NCBI RefSeq assembly: GCF_018977255.1 | Contig: NW_024705558.1 | Coordinates: forward strand, 1 to 34,672 | Source of the DNA: Callorhinchus milii | Taxonomy: Eukaryota | DNA: 34,672 bases | Direction of reading: 5' to 3' | Shown here: in pieces, positions 1-12,362 of the stretch | How positions within the stretch are numbered: the stretch's first letter is position 1 | Layout of the letters: each line of letters begins with the position of its first letter | The notes under the pieces: generated by a model | Databases searched by the model: none | Seen by the model: only the letters and a program-made list of their open reading frames with translations | What the model was told of the DNA's origin: nothing | Translations under genes and position numbers: made by a program

Positions 1-648
1 CTGTGTGTGTGTCTATATACTGTATCTGTGTGTGTGTCTATATACTGTATCTGTGTCTATATACTGTATCTGTGTGTGTGTCTATATACTGTATCTGTTT
101 GTGTGTCTATATACTGTATCTGTGTGTGTGACTATATACTGTATCTGTGTGTGTGTCTATATACTGTATCTGTGTGTGTCTATATACTGTATCTGTGTCT
201 ATATACTGTATCTGTGTGTGTGTCTATATACTGTATCTGTTTGTGTGTCTCTGTTTGTGGAGTCCTGTAGCTCAGTGGTTAGAGCACTCGCTTTGCAAGT
301 GAGAGACCTGAGTTCAATTCCCGGCAGAGGGCCAAACCTCGGGCAAGTTTCCTTACTCCACACAGAGCCTAATAATAATCCTCCAAAACCAAAAACAATA
401 AATAAATTGGTCATCTTCAATCTACGACTGTTTGTGGGGCATTGCTGTGCGCAATTGGCTGCCGCGTTCGCCCACAAATATACAGTCAATTCACTTTACA
501 GTGTGTTCTGTGAATTATTATTATTAATTATTATTATATACTGTATCTGTGTATGTGTCTATATACTGTATGTGTGTGTGTGTCTATATACTGTGTCTGT
601 GTGTGTGTCACTATATACTGTATCTGTGTGTGTGTCTATATACACTAT
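1..648. repeat. Minisatellite, ~22-28 bp unit (CTATATACTGTATCTGTGTGTGTGT), interrupted by a SINE at ~257-536
   Basis: Tandem copies of tctatatactgtatct(gt)n are directly visible at 1-250 and resume at ~537-648. Confidence 0.95.
257..536 (+). mobile_element. tRNA(Ala-like)-derived SINE, copy lacking the 3' stem-loop
   Basis: Head GGAGTCCTGTAGCTCAGTGGTTAGAGC (A box), cgctTTGCAagtg (TGC anticodon-like loop) and GAGTTCAATTCCC (B box). Body contains gctgtgcgcaattggctgccgcgtt, and the tail is (ATT)n. Near-identical to the copy at 25238-25559. Confidence 0.93.
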
Positions 649-742
649 GTAGAGAGCTCCAGTGGGGGAGAGAGCCCCAGCACAGACACGATGGAGAGAG
701 AGATCAGCGAATGGGGTTAGAATAGAGATGATAATCATTATA

Positions 743-886
743 AAATAATTATCCTTGCATTTGATATAGCGCTTTTCACGTCGGGAGGACGTCCCAAAGC
801 GCTTCACAGAACACACTGTAAAGTGAATTGACTGTATATCTGTGGGCGAACGCGGCAGCCAATTGCGCACAGCAATGTCCAACAAA
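743..886 (-). mobile_element. 5'-truncated copy of the same SINE
   Basis: Reverse complement of the SINE 3' half, including the agcgctttgggacgtcctcccgacgtgaaaagcgct stem-loop and the ATT tail. Confidence 0.92.
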
Positions 887-889
887 TTT

Positions 890-1702
890 CAGAAAGAAGC
901 AAAACCAATAGAGTAGTGATAATGAGGGACTTCAATTAGCCTAACATAGACTGACAAAGTAACAGGGTAAAGGCCAAGGAGCGGTAAGGATTCCTGAACT
1001 GTGTGCAGGATAACTTTCTTAATCAATACTTTTCCAGCCCAACGATGAAGGAAGCAATGTTGGATCTCGTTCTGGGGATGAAGTGGGGCAAGTGGAGCAG
1101 GTTTTAGTAGGAGAGCATCTAGACACAATAGTGATCCTAATATCATTAGGTTTAGAGTTACTTATGGAAAGGGATGAGGAGCAATCAAAGGTAAAGATAC
1201 TCAACTGGAAAAGGCTAATTTCAGAGAGTTGAAAAGGGATCTGGCCCAGGCGGATTGGAAACAAAGATTGAAGGGTAAAACAGTAAACAAGCAATGGGAG
1301 GCCTTCAAGGAGGAGATAGTTCGGGTACAGACAACACACATTCCCATGAGGGGGAAAGGTACAGCATTCAAAGCCAGAGCTTCCTGAATGACTAAAACAA
1401 ATTGGGATTGAAATGAAACAGGAAAAGGAGAATTATCGTAACTATCAGGTTCATAGCACAGCAGAGAATCAAGTAGAATGCACAAAGTGCAGAAGAGACT
1501 GAAAAAGGGAATAAGAGAGGCAAAGAGTGTGAGACAAAAGATTAGCAGGCAATGTAAAACCGAATACTAGGTCTTTTATAAGCATATAAAGAGTAAAAGG
1601 ATGGCAAAGGAAGAGTGGAGCTGATTATGGATCAAATGGAAAACTTCTTGTGAAGGCAGCTCCATGAATAAGATTTTTGCATTTGTCTTCACAAAAGAAG
1701 AA
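890..1702 (+). mobile_element. Degenerate CR1 LINE ORF2 fragment (endonuclease C-terminus and linker)
   Basis: Remnants of GDFN-PNIDW, DNFLNQ, PT-KEAMLDLVL, KANFRELK-DLA-DW and KQWEAFKEEI, with stops and frameshifts. Collinear with 4050-4830. Confidence 0.85.
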
Positions 1703-1865
1703 CCTGTGTAAGGATTCTGTAATGAATGTGTTAGCTATTATCTGAAAGTATAATTGTGATGCTTAATGTTTCTAAGGCTTGAGAATTACAGTATGGTCAA
1801 CTAATCTCATCAGGTATGATGGGGCCTGGTTATCTCAAATGACTAGCTTAGCAGGGGTTAAAAGT

Positions 1866-3128
1866 AGCTTTGCTGGACTGGTTGACAGGCAGTCTGTCAG
1901 GACAGCAGTTGAGGGTGGAAGCAGAAAGGTTGAGTTGGATGTCATTTGCATACATGTGGAAGTTGACCCCATGTCTGCAGATGATGTCACCGAGGGAGAG
2001 CATCTAGATATTAAAGAGAGGGCCAAGGACAGAGCCCTGGGGGACACCAGATGTGACAATACGGGGGCTGGAGGAGAGACCGTTTGAGGCAACAAAGTGG
2101 AGACAGTGAGAGATAGGCATCGAACCAGGCAAGGGCAGATCCGCGAAGATTGAGTAAAGCAGAGAGGCGGTGTATGAGAATGGACTGGTCGACAATGTCG
2201 AAGGCGACAGAGAGGTAGCGGAGGACGAGCAGGCAGAGGGAGCCCTGATCATAGATGTTCAGAATGTCATTAGTGACTTTGACCAGGACTGTTTCCATGT
2301 TATGGGGAGCGCGGAAGCCGGATTGAAGGGGTCCAAAGAGGGAATGGTGAGAAAGAAAGGAGCAGTTCTGGGACGCAACAACTTGTTCCAGGACCTTGGA
2401 GAAGAATGGGAGGTTAGAGATGGGGCAGTAGCTGGAGAGGAGGGGTGGATCCAGGGAAGGTTTTTTCAAGATAGAAGTGATGATGGCTGTTTTTAGGGGG
2501 GTGAGAACTGAACTGGTGAACAAGGAGAGGCTGAAGAAATTGGATGGGAGAGGGGCCAGAAGGTGGAGCTGGGAGACAAGGTGGGGGTGGGATCGAGGGA
2601 GCAAGTGGTGGGTTTGAGTTTGCGGACAGTCATGGTGAGATTGGAGGGAGAGATAGGGTCGAAGGGAGTATGGGGGGGGATGGGGGGGGGGCTGGGTCAT
2701 GAGGAAGAGGTGATGTGGGGGTGGCGGTGGATGGGACAGAGGTGGCTGAACATATACCCCCAATTTTAGATTAGAGGAAGTCCAGCAACTCCTCACAGTT
2801 GGAGTTTGAGGAGAGGATGTGAGAGGCATGGGAAGGTGGACGTAGAAGACGTTTTGTAATGGAAAAGAGAAACATGGGGTTGTCCTTTGCTCCAAGATAA
2901 TCTTGGAGTAGAAGGAGGATTTGGCGGAGGCAAGAGTACAGCAGTTGGTCTTGGTGTGGTGAAGCCAGATCTGCCGATGGACCATGAGTTTGGATTTAGT
3001 CCAGGCGTGTTCGGCAGCTTGCACTTGTGCCTTGAGGGAACAGAGTGGCTGGTGTATCAGGGGTTTTACGGAAGTATGAGGCTGTTTGGGAAGTGAGGGA
3101 GGCAAGGGAGTCCAGAATGGAGGAGAGG
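1866..3128 (-). mobile_element. Degenerate L2 LINE ORF2 (RT) fragment
   Basis: Minus-strand translation contains [43 protein letters not shown] and MYAND (YADD-like). Homologous to 5773-6672. Confidence 0.9.
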
Positions 3129-3213
3129 AATCCATTACTGTAAAGCACTTTGAGACGCTGTCCGGCGTGGAAGGCTCTATATAAATCCAAGTTGTTGTTG
3201 TGTTGCTGTTGAG
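3129..3213 (+). mobile_element. L2 3' tail (second subfamily), (GTT)n end
   Basis: atccattactgtaaagcactttgagacg...ggcgtggaaggctctatataaatccaagttgttg matches the reverse complement of 31497-31572. Confidence 0.75.
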
Positions 3214-3297
3214 GGAGATTCTGATGGTGATAACGAGCCTGTGGTGTGTCAACTTGACCCACTAGAGGAGGGACTGTAAACAATACCAGAATGGTTT

Positions 3298-4833
3298 CGG
3301 CTAAAAGAGTGGTGCGGAGAGCAGGAATTCCAATTCATGGGCCACTGGCACGAGTATTGGGGAAGATGGGAGCTTTTCCAAAGGAATGGGCTCCACCTAA
3401 ATAGGGCTGGGACAAATGTCCTGGCTACTCGAATAAATAGGGAGGTAGAAAGGGCTTTAAACTACTAAGGGGGGGGAGGTAAAAACATAGTAAAGTATAG
3501 TCCACCACAGTTAAACATGAGATCAACAAAAGCAAGAGAGCTGATTAACAAGGGAGAAGAGCAAAGTGTGTCAAGCCGGGAAAGGAGTACAGTGATAGAG
3601 TGCTGGTGAATAGGGTTAATAGCCGGAAGTCAGAATTAAGGGCGCTATATCTGAATGCACGAAGCATTCGTAACAAGATAGATGAATTAGTTGCACAAAT
3701 AGAGACAAACCGGTATGATCTCGTAGCCATCACCGAGACATGGTTACAGGGTGATCAGGGATGGGAACTGAATATTCCCGGCTACGTGGTATATAGGAAA
3801 GATAGGCGATGTGGTAAACGAGGAGGGGGCGTGGCCCTGCTAATAAAGGATGGGATAAAAACAGTAGAGAGGAAAGATTTTAAATCTGAAAAGCAAGATG
3901 TAGAGTCAGTATGGGTAGAGATACGTAACTTCAAGGGGCAGAAAACTATAGTGGGAGTAGTTTATAGACCCCCAAACAGTGGTCAAAGTATCGCTCAAGG
4001 TATAAATCAAGAGATTAGTGGAGCATGTAGCAAAGGAAAGACACTAATTGTGGGTGATTTTAACCTGCACATAGACTGGGACAACCAAATTGGGAAAGGT
4101 AACATAGAAGAGGAGTTTATAGAATGTATTAGAGATAATTTTCTAGATCAATATGCTGAGGAGCCGACCAGGGAACAAGCCATATTAGACCTTGTTTTGT
4201 GTAATGAAACAGGGCTGATCAGCAAACTGGAACTTAAGGCTCCTCTCGGGCAAAGCGATCATAATATGATGGAATTTAGCGTTAAGTTAGAGAGGGAAGT
4301 AGTTAAGTCTGAAGCAAAAGTCTTCAATTTAAATCGAGCCAACTTTGCTGGTCTGAGAGAGGATTTAGCCAAAATAAACTGGGAGACTAAACTTAAAGAT
4401 TTGACGGTAGACCAGCAATGGCAGACATTCAAGGAGATAGTGCAAAATTCCCACCGAGCACATATTCCTTTGAGGAATAAGAATGCCACGGGAAAGGTGG
4501 TGCAGCCATAGCTAACTAGAGCAGTTAGGGACAGTATCAAATCAAAAGAAAATGCCTATAAAACAGCGAAGATGAGTAGTAAACCCAAGGATTGGGAGAA
4601 CTTTAGGGAACAACAGAGGACCAAAAAATTGATCAAGAGGAAGAAAATAGATTACGAGGCCAAACTAGCAAAGAACATAAAAAACAGTTTTTACAAATAT
4701 ATAAAGAGGAAAAGGCTAGCGAAGGAGAATGTGGGTCCATTACAGGCAGAGACCGGAGGAATTATAATAGGGGACAAAGACATGGCAGAGTCATTAAACA
4801 AGTATTTTTCTACAGTCATCACCGTAGAAGACA
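3298..4833 (+). mobile_element. CR1 LINE, left part: end of ORF1 (SGNH esterase-like) plus ORF2 apurinic endonuclease
   Basis: 3301-3468 reads LKEWCGEQEFQFMGHWHEYWGRWELFQRNGLHLNRAGTNVLA (CR1 ORF1 DGLH motif, here NGLH). 3600-4511 has APE motifs YLNARS, ITETW, GGGVA, YRPP, VGDFN, ILDLVL and SDH. Premature TAG at 4509-4511. Confidence 0.95.
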
Positions 4834-6673
4834 ACAACAACAACAACAAGATTCCATTTATAAAGCGCCTTTCACGTCAGGAGGACGTCCCAAGGCGCTG
4901 CACAGTTGGGTCATGACCCGAGCATTGGGGAAATGGTCAGGGTGAGGGGAGGGAAGGGAGGGAGCGAGGAGGGGGGAAATGGTCAGGGTGAGGGGAGGGA
5001 AGGGAGGGAGCGAGGAGGGGGAAATGGTCAGGGTGAGGGGAGGGAAGGGAGGGAGCGAGGAGGGGGAAGAGAGTCGAGAGGGGAGCTGAAGGCTCGGTCA
5101 AAGAGAAAGGTCTTGAGACCGGCCTTGAAGGAGGAGAGGGAGGAAGCGGCGAAGGCACTGGGGGATGGAGTTCCAGAGCCTCGGGGCTGAGAGGCTGAAG
5201 GCCCGACCACCGATGGTAGGGCGGTTGGGGCGGGGGACGTGGAGCAGACCGGAGCCAGAGGAACGGAGGGTACGGGCAGGTAGGTAGGGGGATAGTAGGT
5301 CGGAGAGGTAGGAGGGAGCAAGGCCGTGAATGGCCTTGTAGGTGAGGATGAGGATCTTGAAATCAATCCTCTGGGGGATGGGGAGCCAGTGGAGGCGAGC
5401 GAGGGTGGGAGTGATGTGGTCCCGAAGCCTGGTGCAGGACAGTCCATGAGCTGCAGAGTTTTGAATGATCTGCAGCTTGTGGAGGGAGGTGGCGGGAAGG
5501 CCGCGAGGAGAGAGTTCCCATAGTCCAGCCTTGAGGTGATAAAGGGGTGGACCAGAGTTTCAGCCGCGTGAGGGTAAGGTAATGCCGTAGTCTGGCGATG
5601 TTCCGGAGGTGATGGAAGGCGGTGCCTGTTGTGGTGCGGATGTGAGGGTGAAAGGACAGCTCAGGGGCGAACAAAACGCCGAGGTTCCTGACTGGCTTTG
5701 AGAAGTGGAGAGTGCAGCCTTGGATGCTGATGGTGTCAGCGCCTGAGGTGCGGAGGCGCTGACGTGAGCCAATCAGGAGGGCCTCGGTTTTGCACACGTT
5801 GAGCTGAAGAAAGTTGTCTCTCGTCCAGGACTCGATGTCGGACAGGCAGCTGTCAGGACATCGGTGGTCGTGGAGTTGAGAGTAGAGGAGGAAAGGTAGA
5901 GTTCGGTGTCATCCGCATACATGTGGGAGTGAACCCCATGTCTGCGGATGATGTCACCGAGGGGGAGCATATAGAGGGTGAAGAGGAGGGGACCGAGGAC
6001 AGAGCCCTGAGGGACACCACATGAGACAGTGCGGGGGGTGGAGGAGAAGCCATTCGTCGAGACAAAGTGAAGACGGTGAGAAAGGTACGACCTAAACCAC
6101 TCAAGGACAGTGCCTTGAAGGTTGAGGTGGGAGGACAAGCGGTGGAGTAGGATAGTGTGGTCGACCGTATCGAATGCTGCCGATAGGTCGAGGAGGACGA
6201 GGAGACAGAGGGAGCCCTGGTCACAGATGGTCAGGATGTCATTGGTGACCTTGACCAGGGCAGTTTCTGTGCTATGGGCAGCACGGAAACCTGACTGAAG
6301 GGGTTCGAAAAGAGAATGGGTGGAAAGGAAAGAGCGCAGTTGGGAGGCGACAACTCTTTCCAAGACCTTGGAGAGAAAGGGGAGGTTGGAGATGGGCCGG
6401 TAGCTTGATAGCTGCGACGCATCAAGGGAGGGTTTTTTCAGGGTGGGCGTGATGATGGCAGTTTTTAATGGAATGGGGACAGAGCCAGAGGAGAGGGACA
6501 GGTTGATGATGTCAGTGATATGTGGGGCAAGGACGTGGAGCTGGGAGATAAGGAGTGGAGTGGGGATGGGGTCAAGGGAGCAGGTGGTTGGTTTTAGGGA
6601 TAGGATGAGTTCAGTGACAGAGGGTGGGGAAACGGGTACGAAGGTGTGTAGGGGAGGATGGGTAGGAGTCACT
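4834..6673 (-). mobile_element. Young 5'-truncated L2 LINE inserted into CR1 ORF2
   Basis: Open 299-aa RT stretch ([39 protein letters not shown]), 3' stem-loop and (TTG)n tail at 4834-4850. Flanked by an AGACA duplication (4829-4833 and 6674-6678). Confidence 0.96.
4931..5066. repeat. Three tandem 45-46 bp units in the L2 3' UTR
   Basis: aaatggtcagggtgaggggagggaagggagggagcgaggaggggg starts at 4931, 4977 and 5022. The L2 copy at 28498 has one unit. Confidence 0.92.
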
Positions 6674-8373
6674 AGACACTAGAAACATACCAAAAATAGA
6701 GGACCAAGAAGACAATGTTAGCGAACAACTTAGGGAGATTAACATTAGTAAAGAGATGGTTCTAGGAAAATTGTCGGGTCTTAAAACCGATAAATCCCCT
6801 GGACCGGATGGTCTGCATCCGAGAGTTTTAAAGGAGGTGGCTACTGAGATAGTGGATGGCATGTCTATAATCTTCCAAAAGTCTGTGGATACTGGAAAAG
6901 TTCCCATTGATTGGAAGATTGCAAACGTAACTCCACTATTTAAGAAAGGTGGGAGAGAAAATAGGGAAAACTATAGACCAGTTCGTTTGACGTCAGTTGT
7001 AGGGAAAATTATTGAGTCCTTAATAAAAGACGTAGTCGTAGTTATGGGATACCTGGAAGACCATAAAAAGATTAGGCAGAGTCAACATGGCTTTACAAAA
7101 GGGAAGTCATCTTCTAAACTTTTTGAATTTTTTGAGGATGTATCCAGCAGGTTGGATAAGGGGGAACCAGTAGATGTGGTATATTTGGATTTTAGGAAGG
7201 CATTTGACAAGGTGCCACACAAAAGGCTGTTACTCAAGATCAAGGCCCACGGGATTAATGGGAAAATATTAACATGGATAGAAGAGTGGCTATCGGGTAG
7301 AAAGCAGAGAGTAGTGATAAACGGATCATTCTCGAATTGGCAGGAGGTGACGCGTGGAGTGCCACAAGGATCAGTGCCTCGGCCTCAGCTATTTACCATT
7401 TACATCAATGATCTGGACGAGGACATTGAATGTAATGTGTCTAAATTCGCGGATGATACTAAACTCGGCGGCAGAGTGAGCTCTCAGGATGATGCAAAAA
7501 GATTGCAACGGGATATAGATAGGCGCGGGGAGTGGGCAAGTAGGTGGCAGATGGAATTCAATGTTAGCAAGTGTGAAATTATTCACCTCGGTAGCAAGAA
7601 TAAAAGAACAGATTATTTTCTGGAAGGGGAGAAGTTAGATAGTGTTAGTATTCAAAGGGATTTGAGTGTCCTTGTACACCAGTCCCAAAAAGTTAGTTTG
7701 CAGGTGCAGCAGCAACTAAGAAGGCGAACGGCAGTTAGCGTTCATTGCAAAAGGTTTAGAATATAAGAGTAGGGAAGTCTTGCTGCAACTGTATAGGGCT
7801 TTGGTGAGACCGCACCGAGAGTATTGTGTGCAGTTTTGGTCTCCTTATTTAAAAAAGGACATACTTGCCCTCGAGGGGGTGCAGCGTAGATTCACTCGGT
7901 TAGTTCCTGGGATGAGGGGACTGACCTATGAGGATAGGCTGAATAAACTAGGACTGTATTCTCTAAAGTACAGAAGAATTAGGGGGATCTTATTGAAACT
8001 TATAAGATTCTTAAAGTGCTGATAAAGTAGACACAGAGGGACTGTTCCCCCAGTAGGAGAAGCTATAACCGGGGGTCACAGTATTAAAATTAAGGAACAG
8101 CCTTTTAGAACAGAGTGGAGGAAACATTTCTTCACTCAGAGGGTAGTGAACTTATGGAATTCACTACCCCAGAAGGCTGTAGATGCTCAGTCCTTGAACA
8201 TTTTCAAGGCTGAGACTGATAGATTCTTGAAAAATAGAGGGATTAGCGGATATGGGGATAGGGCAGGTAATCAGAGTTAGGTGAGAAGATCAGCCATGAT
8301 CTTATTGAACGGCGGAGCAGACACGAAGGGCCGAATGGCCGACTCCTGCTCCTAATTCTTATGTTCTTATGTT
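6674..8373 (+). mobile_element. CR1 LINE, right part: RT domain, 3' UTR and (TTCTTATG)n tail
   Basis: KSPGPDG, NYRPV, QHGF, YLDFRKAFDKV, GVPQGS, KFADDTKLG and LYRALVRPH-EY motifs. Ends gccgaatggccgactcctgctcctaattcttatgttcttatgtt. Frameshifted, so non-autonomous. Confidence 0.96.
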
Positions 8374-8386
8374 TTAAGTTGACCAA

Positions 8387-9805
8387 AAACAACAACAACA
8401 ACAAAATTATATTTATAGAGTGCCTTTCATGTCGGGAGGACGTCCCAAAGCGCTGAACAGTCAAATATTGGGGCCCGAGCACGGGAAGGGGTGGTGTAGG
8501 CGTGAGGGAAGGCAGAGAGGTGGGAGGGAGACGGAAGGCACAGTCGAAGAGAAGGGTCTTGACCAGCCTTGAAGGAGGCGAGGGAGGAAGCGAGGTGAAG
8601 GGAACGTGGGATGGAGTTCCAGAGTGTGAGAGCAGAGAGGCTGAAAGCCCGCCCACCGATGGTAGGGTGGGTCGGGCGGGAGACACGGAGCAGGCCGGAG
8701 CCCGCTGAACGGAGAGAATGGGCAGGTTGGTAGGGAGTCAGCAGGTCAGAGAGGTAGGAGGAGGTAAGGCCATTGATGGCCTTAAAGGTGAGGACAAGGA
8801 TCTTGAACTCAATCCTCTGGGGGATAGGGAGCCAGTGGAGTCAGGCGAAGGTGGGAGTGATGGGATCAGGGAGCCTGTTGTGTGAGAGTACATGAGCTGC
8901 AGAGTTTTGGATGATTTGCAGCTTGTGAAGGGAAGAGTTGGGAAGGCCAATGAGGAAGGAGTTCCAGTAATCAAGCCTTGAGGTGACGAATGTGTGGATG
9001 AGGGTTTCGGCAGCCTGAGTGGTGAGGCAATGGCGGAGTCTGGCACTGTTGAGGAGGTGGTGGTAGGCAGTGCTAGTCATGGCACTGATGTGAGGGAGAA
9101 AGGACAGGGTCAAACAAGACACCCAGATACCTGACTTAGTGAGGTTGAGTGTGCAGTAATGGAGGTTGATTCTGCCAGTGCCTGACTTGATGTTGGACAG
9201 GCAGTCGGTCAGGACCTCAGTAGTCCTGGAGTTCAGGGTGGAGGCAGAGAGGTAGAGTTGGGTGTCATCCGCATACATGTGGAAATTTACCCCATGTCTG
9301 TGAATGATGTCACCAAGGGGAGCATGTAGAGGGTGAAGAGGAGGGGATCTAGGCAGAGCCCCAAGGAATGCCACTCGAGATGGTCTGGGGGCTAGAGGAG
9401 AAGCCATTTGCTGCGACGAAGTGGAGGCAGTGTGAAAGGTAGGACCTGAACTAGTCAAGGACAGAACCTTGAAGGTTGAGGTGGGAGGAGAGGCGATAGA
9501 GGAGGATTGAGTGGTCCACGGTGTCAAAGGCAGCAGATTGAGGACAAGGAGGCAAAGGGAGTCCTGGTTGCACATGGTCAGGATGTCGTTTGTGACCTTG
9601 ACCAGAGCAGTTTCTGTGCTGTGGGCAGCACGGAAACCCGCTTGGAGGTTCATGGAGGGAGTGAGGAGAGGAAAGAGCGAAGCTGGGAGACAACAGCTCT
9701 CTCAAAGACCTTGGATAGAAAAAGGAGATTTGAGATGGGCCGGCAGCTAGATAGCTGTGATGAGTGAGTCGAGGGAAGATTTTTTGAAGGTGGGGTTGAT
9801 TGTGG
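8387..9805 (-). mobile_element. 5'-truncated, decayed L2 LINE
   Basis: (CAA)n tail with stem-loop at 8387-8460. RT motifs [27 protein letters not shown] and TSRLDY-NS. Confidence 0.93.
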
Positions 9806-10792
9806 CAAAAAGAAAATTGCGAAGACTCAAGAACTTGTTTTGCTGAAATAGAGATGATTCTATGGACTCTCAAGGAAACTGGTAACGTTGGTACATAAAG
9901 GTTGCCAAGACAAAAGGAGTATACTGACCTTGAAAGTTACCTAGTAGGATTCTGTTTTTAACACTCCAATGAATGGTAAAAACAAGCTGTTGAACGTCTC
10001 ACTGCAGATTTGGCAATCGTGTGACCAAAATGGTCTGAGTTTGGGAACAGAAAAGCCAAGTCTAACCAATCTTAAGAGGGATATACTACAATCAATATGG
10101 ATTGAACCAAGTCACCAAGTCAATCCCTAATAAAGTTACTGTATTGATCTGATTAACTCATTGCACTGAACTTTATTAACCTCTCATAAGCATTAATTTG
10201 ATTTGATGAAATGGAATGGGGATCGAAAGGGCAGTATGAAATTAAACTGTACCACATCTTGTAGCATTGACAAAGGACTCAGAGTGCCCTTATACAATGG
10301 AAAAAGAGTCAGTAAATAGACTGGTATTTACTTGGGTCTCATGAGGCCTTGTATAATGATGTGTGTGTTGAAATTGGCCCGGTAATATTATCATTTTAAG
10401 TTGCAGTGTAAAGCAAACTTTGAAGTGAGTCAGGAAAAGGCAAGGATATTTAGAACTGAAGGAAATATTAACAATTGAGATCAAAACTATTGCACTTTCA
10501 AAGTGAGGACTATAAGATTATATTTGTGAATCTTACTGTTTTTAGGGCTTTCAATTAATTTTTTGTACTTTTAGAATGCAACCTACCCATATTCCTTTCA
10601 TAAGGTTGTTTATTCTAATGACAACCATAGGGCTGAGAGGATATATGTGCTAATTAGCATTAGTGAAAGTAAAGATATATTGACCTGATCAGGTTGAGAT
10701 CAGCTTCTGTTTACATTTCATATTTTCTTGGGAAGATGTTCTGAGATTTGGGTGATCAGGTCCTTGAGCACAGATGTGGGAACAAAAACCAT

Positions 10793-11352
10793 CAACAACA
10801 AAATTACATTTGTTTAGCGTATTTTACGTTGGGAGGACATCTCAAGGCGCCAACAATCAATCTTTTGGACCCGAGCTGGGGTGGGGATCGGTAAGGGTGG
10901 AGGGCAGGAGGGGATCCAGGGAGAATGAAAGCACAGTTGAAGAGGAGGATCTTGAGAAGGGGCTTGAATGAAGACAAGGGAGGGAGCGAGGCGGATGGTT
11001 GGGGGTTTGGAGGTTCTCAGAGGTAGGGGGGGATCAAGGCCATGGAGTGCTTCGAAGATGAGAACCAGAATCTTGAACTGTATCCTCTGCGTAATGAGAA
11101 GTCAGTGGAGTCGAGCGAGGATGGAGATGATAGGGTCACGGAGCCTGGTATGGGAGCTGCAAAGTTCTGGATGATCTGCAGCCACGGAGGGAGGAGTTGG
11201 GGAGGCCGACAAGGAGTTTACAATAGTCAAGCCTGGATGTTATCAATAGGTGTATGTTTGATGGTTTCAGTGGCCTGCGGTGTGAGACAGTGGTGGAACT
11301 GGGCGACGTTGCGAAGGAAGGCAGAGCTGGTCATGGCACAGATGTGGGGTAG
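10793..11352 (-). mobile_element. Old L2 3' fragment
   Basis: caacaacaaaattacatttg...gggaggacatctcaaggcgc tail followed by sequence collinear with 8387-9090. Confidence 0.85.
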
Positions 11353-12045
11353 AGGGTCCAACAAGAGAAAGGCTACAGCCTCGGACACCTGCTTATCTTA
11401 AGGCTGAGAAACAAGCAGGCTATGGAAGACTGCCCAAAAGTTGTCCATTTATCTCTCTCTCTGGAAACAGCCTTCTCAAGGTCACTAGCAGCTTGAGAAG
11501 CATGGGGGCTACAGCTCAATTTCCAAGAGGAAAGACTAGAGACAAAGGCAGGGAAACTTGTAAATCTGCTACAAGTAGAGGCAGGCAGAGTTAAAAACAG
11601 TTAAAGCAGAGATATAAATTTGAAATAGGTTAAGTCATCGTAGAGGGTCAGCACGCTTTCCAGTGGAATTGATATCGATTTTACTAAACCTATTGTCTGT
11701 TTTAAGAGTAAATTAAGCTAATTGTATTGCTTACTAAACTTTGGATTAATACAAAACCGTTTGCATTGTCAGAGACGGCGTCCTTCCTTAAACCTTGTTC
11801 CCCTTCCCCTTCAGGCAGCTGTTAAAAGTTCCAGAGAGTGGGAGCAAAATGGGTGAAAGCCCGGGTGCTAATGGTGTGGGCCTTGAAGCAGGACGAAATG
11901 CGCTGAGCAAAAGGAGAGGCCAGGTCAGTTCTGTTCAAGCAGGTGGAGGGATTTAAAGGTGAGCACCATTCACCACTCATTCATCGAGCGTGTGCAGGAC
12001 ATTGCTGCTTATTAATAACCTAGTATACAAATCATGACAATTAAC

Positions 12046-12362
12046 AATCCTTACATTTGCCTTTCACACCAGGATATCCCAAAGAGTTTCACAGGATATC
12101 TGTGAAGTGGAGTGACTATGTATTTTGTGGATGAAACATGGCAGCTAGCTTTGCGCAAACCTCCTGCAAATAGTGAGTGAACAATTTTATTTGGGGGAGT
12201 GTCGATCAGGACAACAGGAAAGAAACTCCCTTCTCATCAAGTCGTGTCATAGGATCTATATTGTCCTCCTGAACAGGCAGACAGGATCTCAGTTTATCAT
12301 CTAATCTTAAGGACTTCAACCCTCAACTTTCTGACTCAAGAGGCGAAAGTCCTACCAACTAT
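12046..12362 (-). mobile_element. Ancient Deu-domain SINE (SacSINE1/AmnSINE-like), decayed
   Basis: Plus strand shows caggacaacaggaaagaaactccc, ataggatctatattgtcctcctgaacaggcagacagg-tctcagtttatcatctaatc and aacttTCTGACTCAagaggcgaaagtcctacc. These match my recollection of the DeuSINE core and tRNA head; not aligned computationally. Confidence 0.65.

Noticed and set aside
259..335. Apparent tRNA-Ala(TGC) genes (also near 25480-25559, 26481-26537, 33664-33730)
   Set aside because: The acceptor stem does not pair, and each continues into a shared SINE body and tail.
5..652. 215-aa Cys/Val/Tyr-rich ORF
   Set aside because: Translation of a minisatellite plus a SINE.
3600..8022. Active or domesticated endonuclease/RT gene
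   Set aside because: Premature stop at 4509, frameshifts and an L2 insertion make it an ordinary dead CR1.
11360..11790. Possible LTR fragment (TATAAA near 11614); similar impression at 1705-1865
   Set aside because: I could not identify TG..CA termini or a TSD; texture alone is insufficient.
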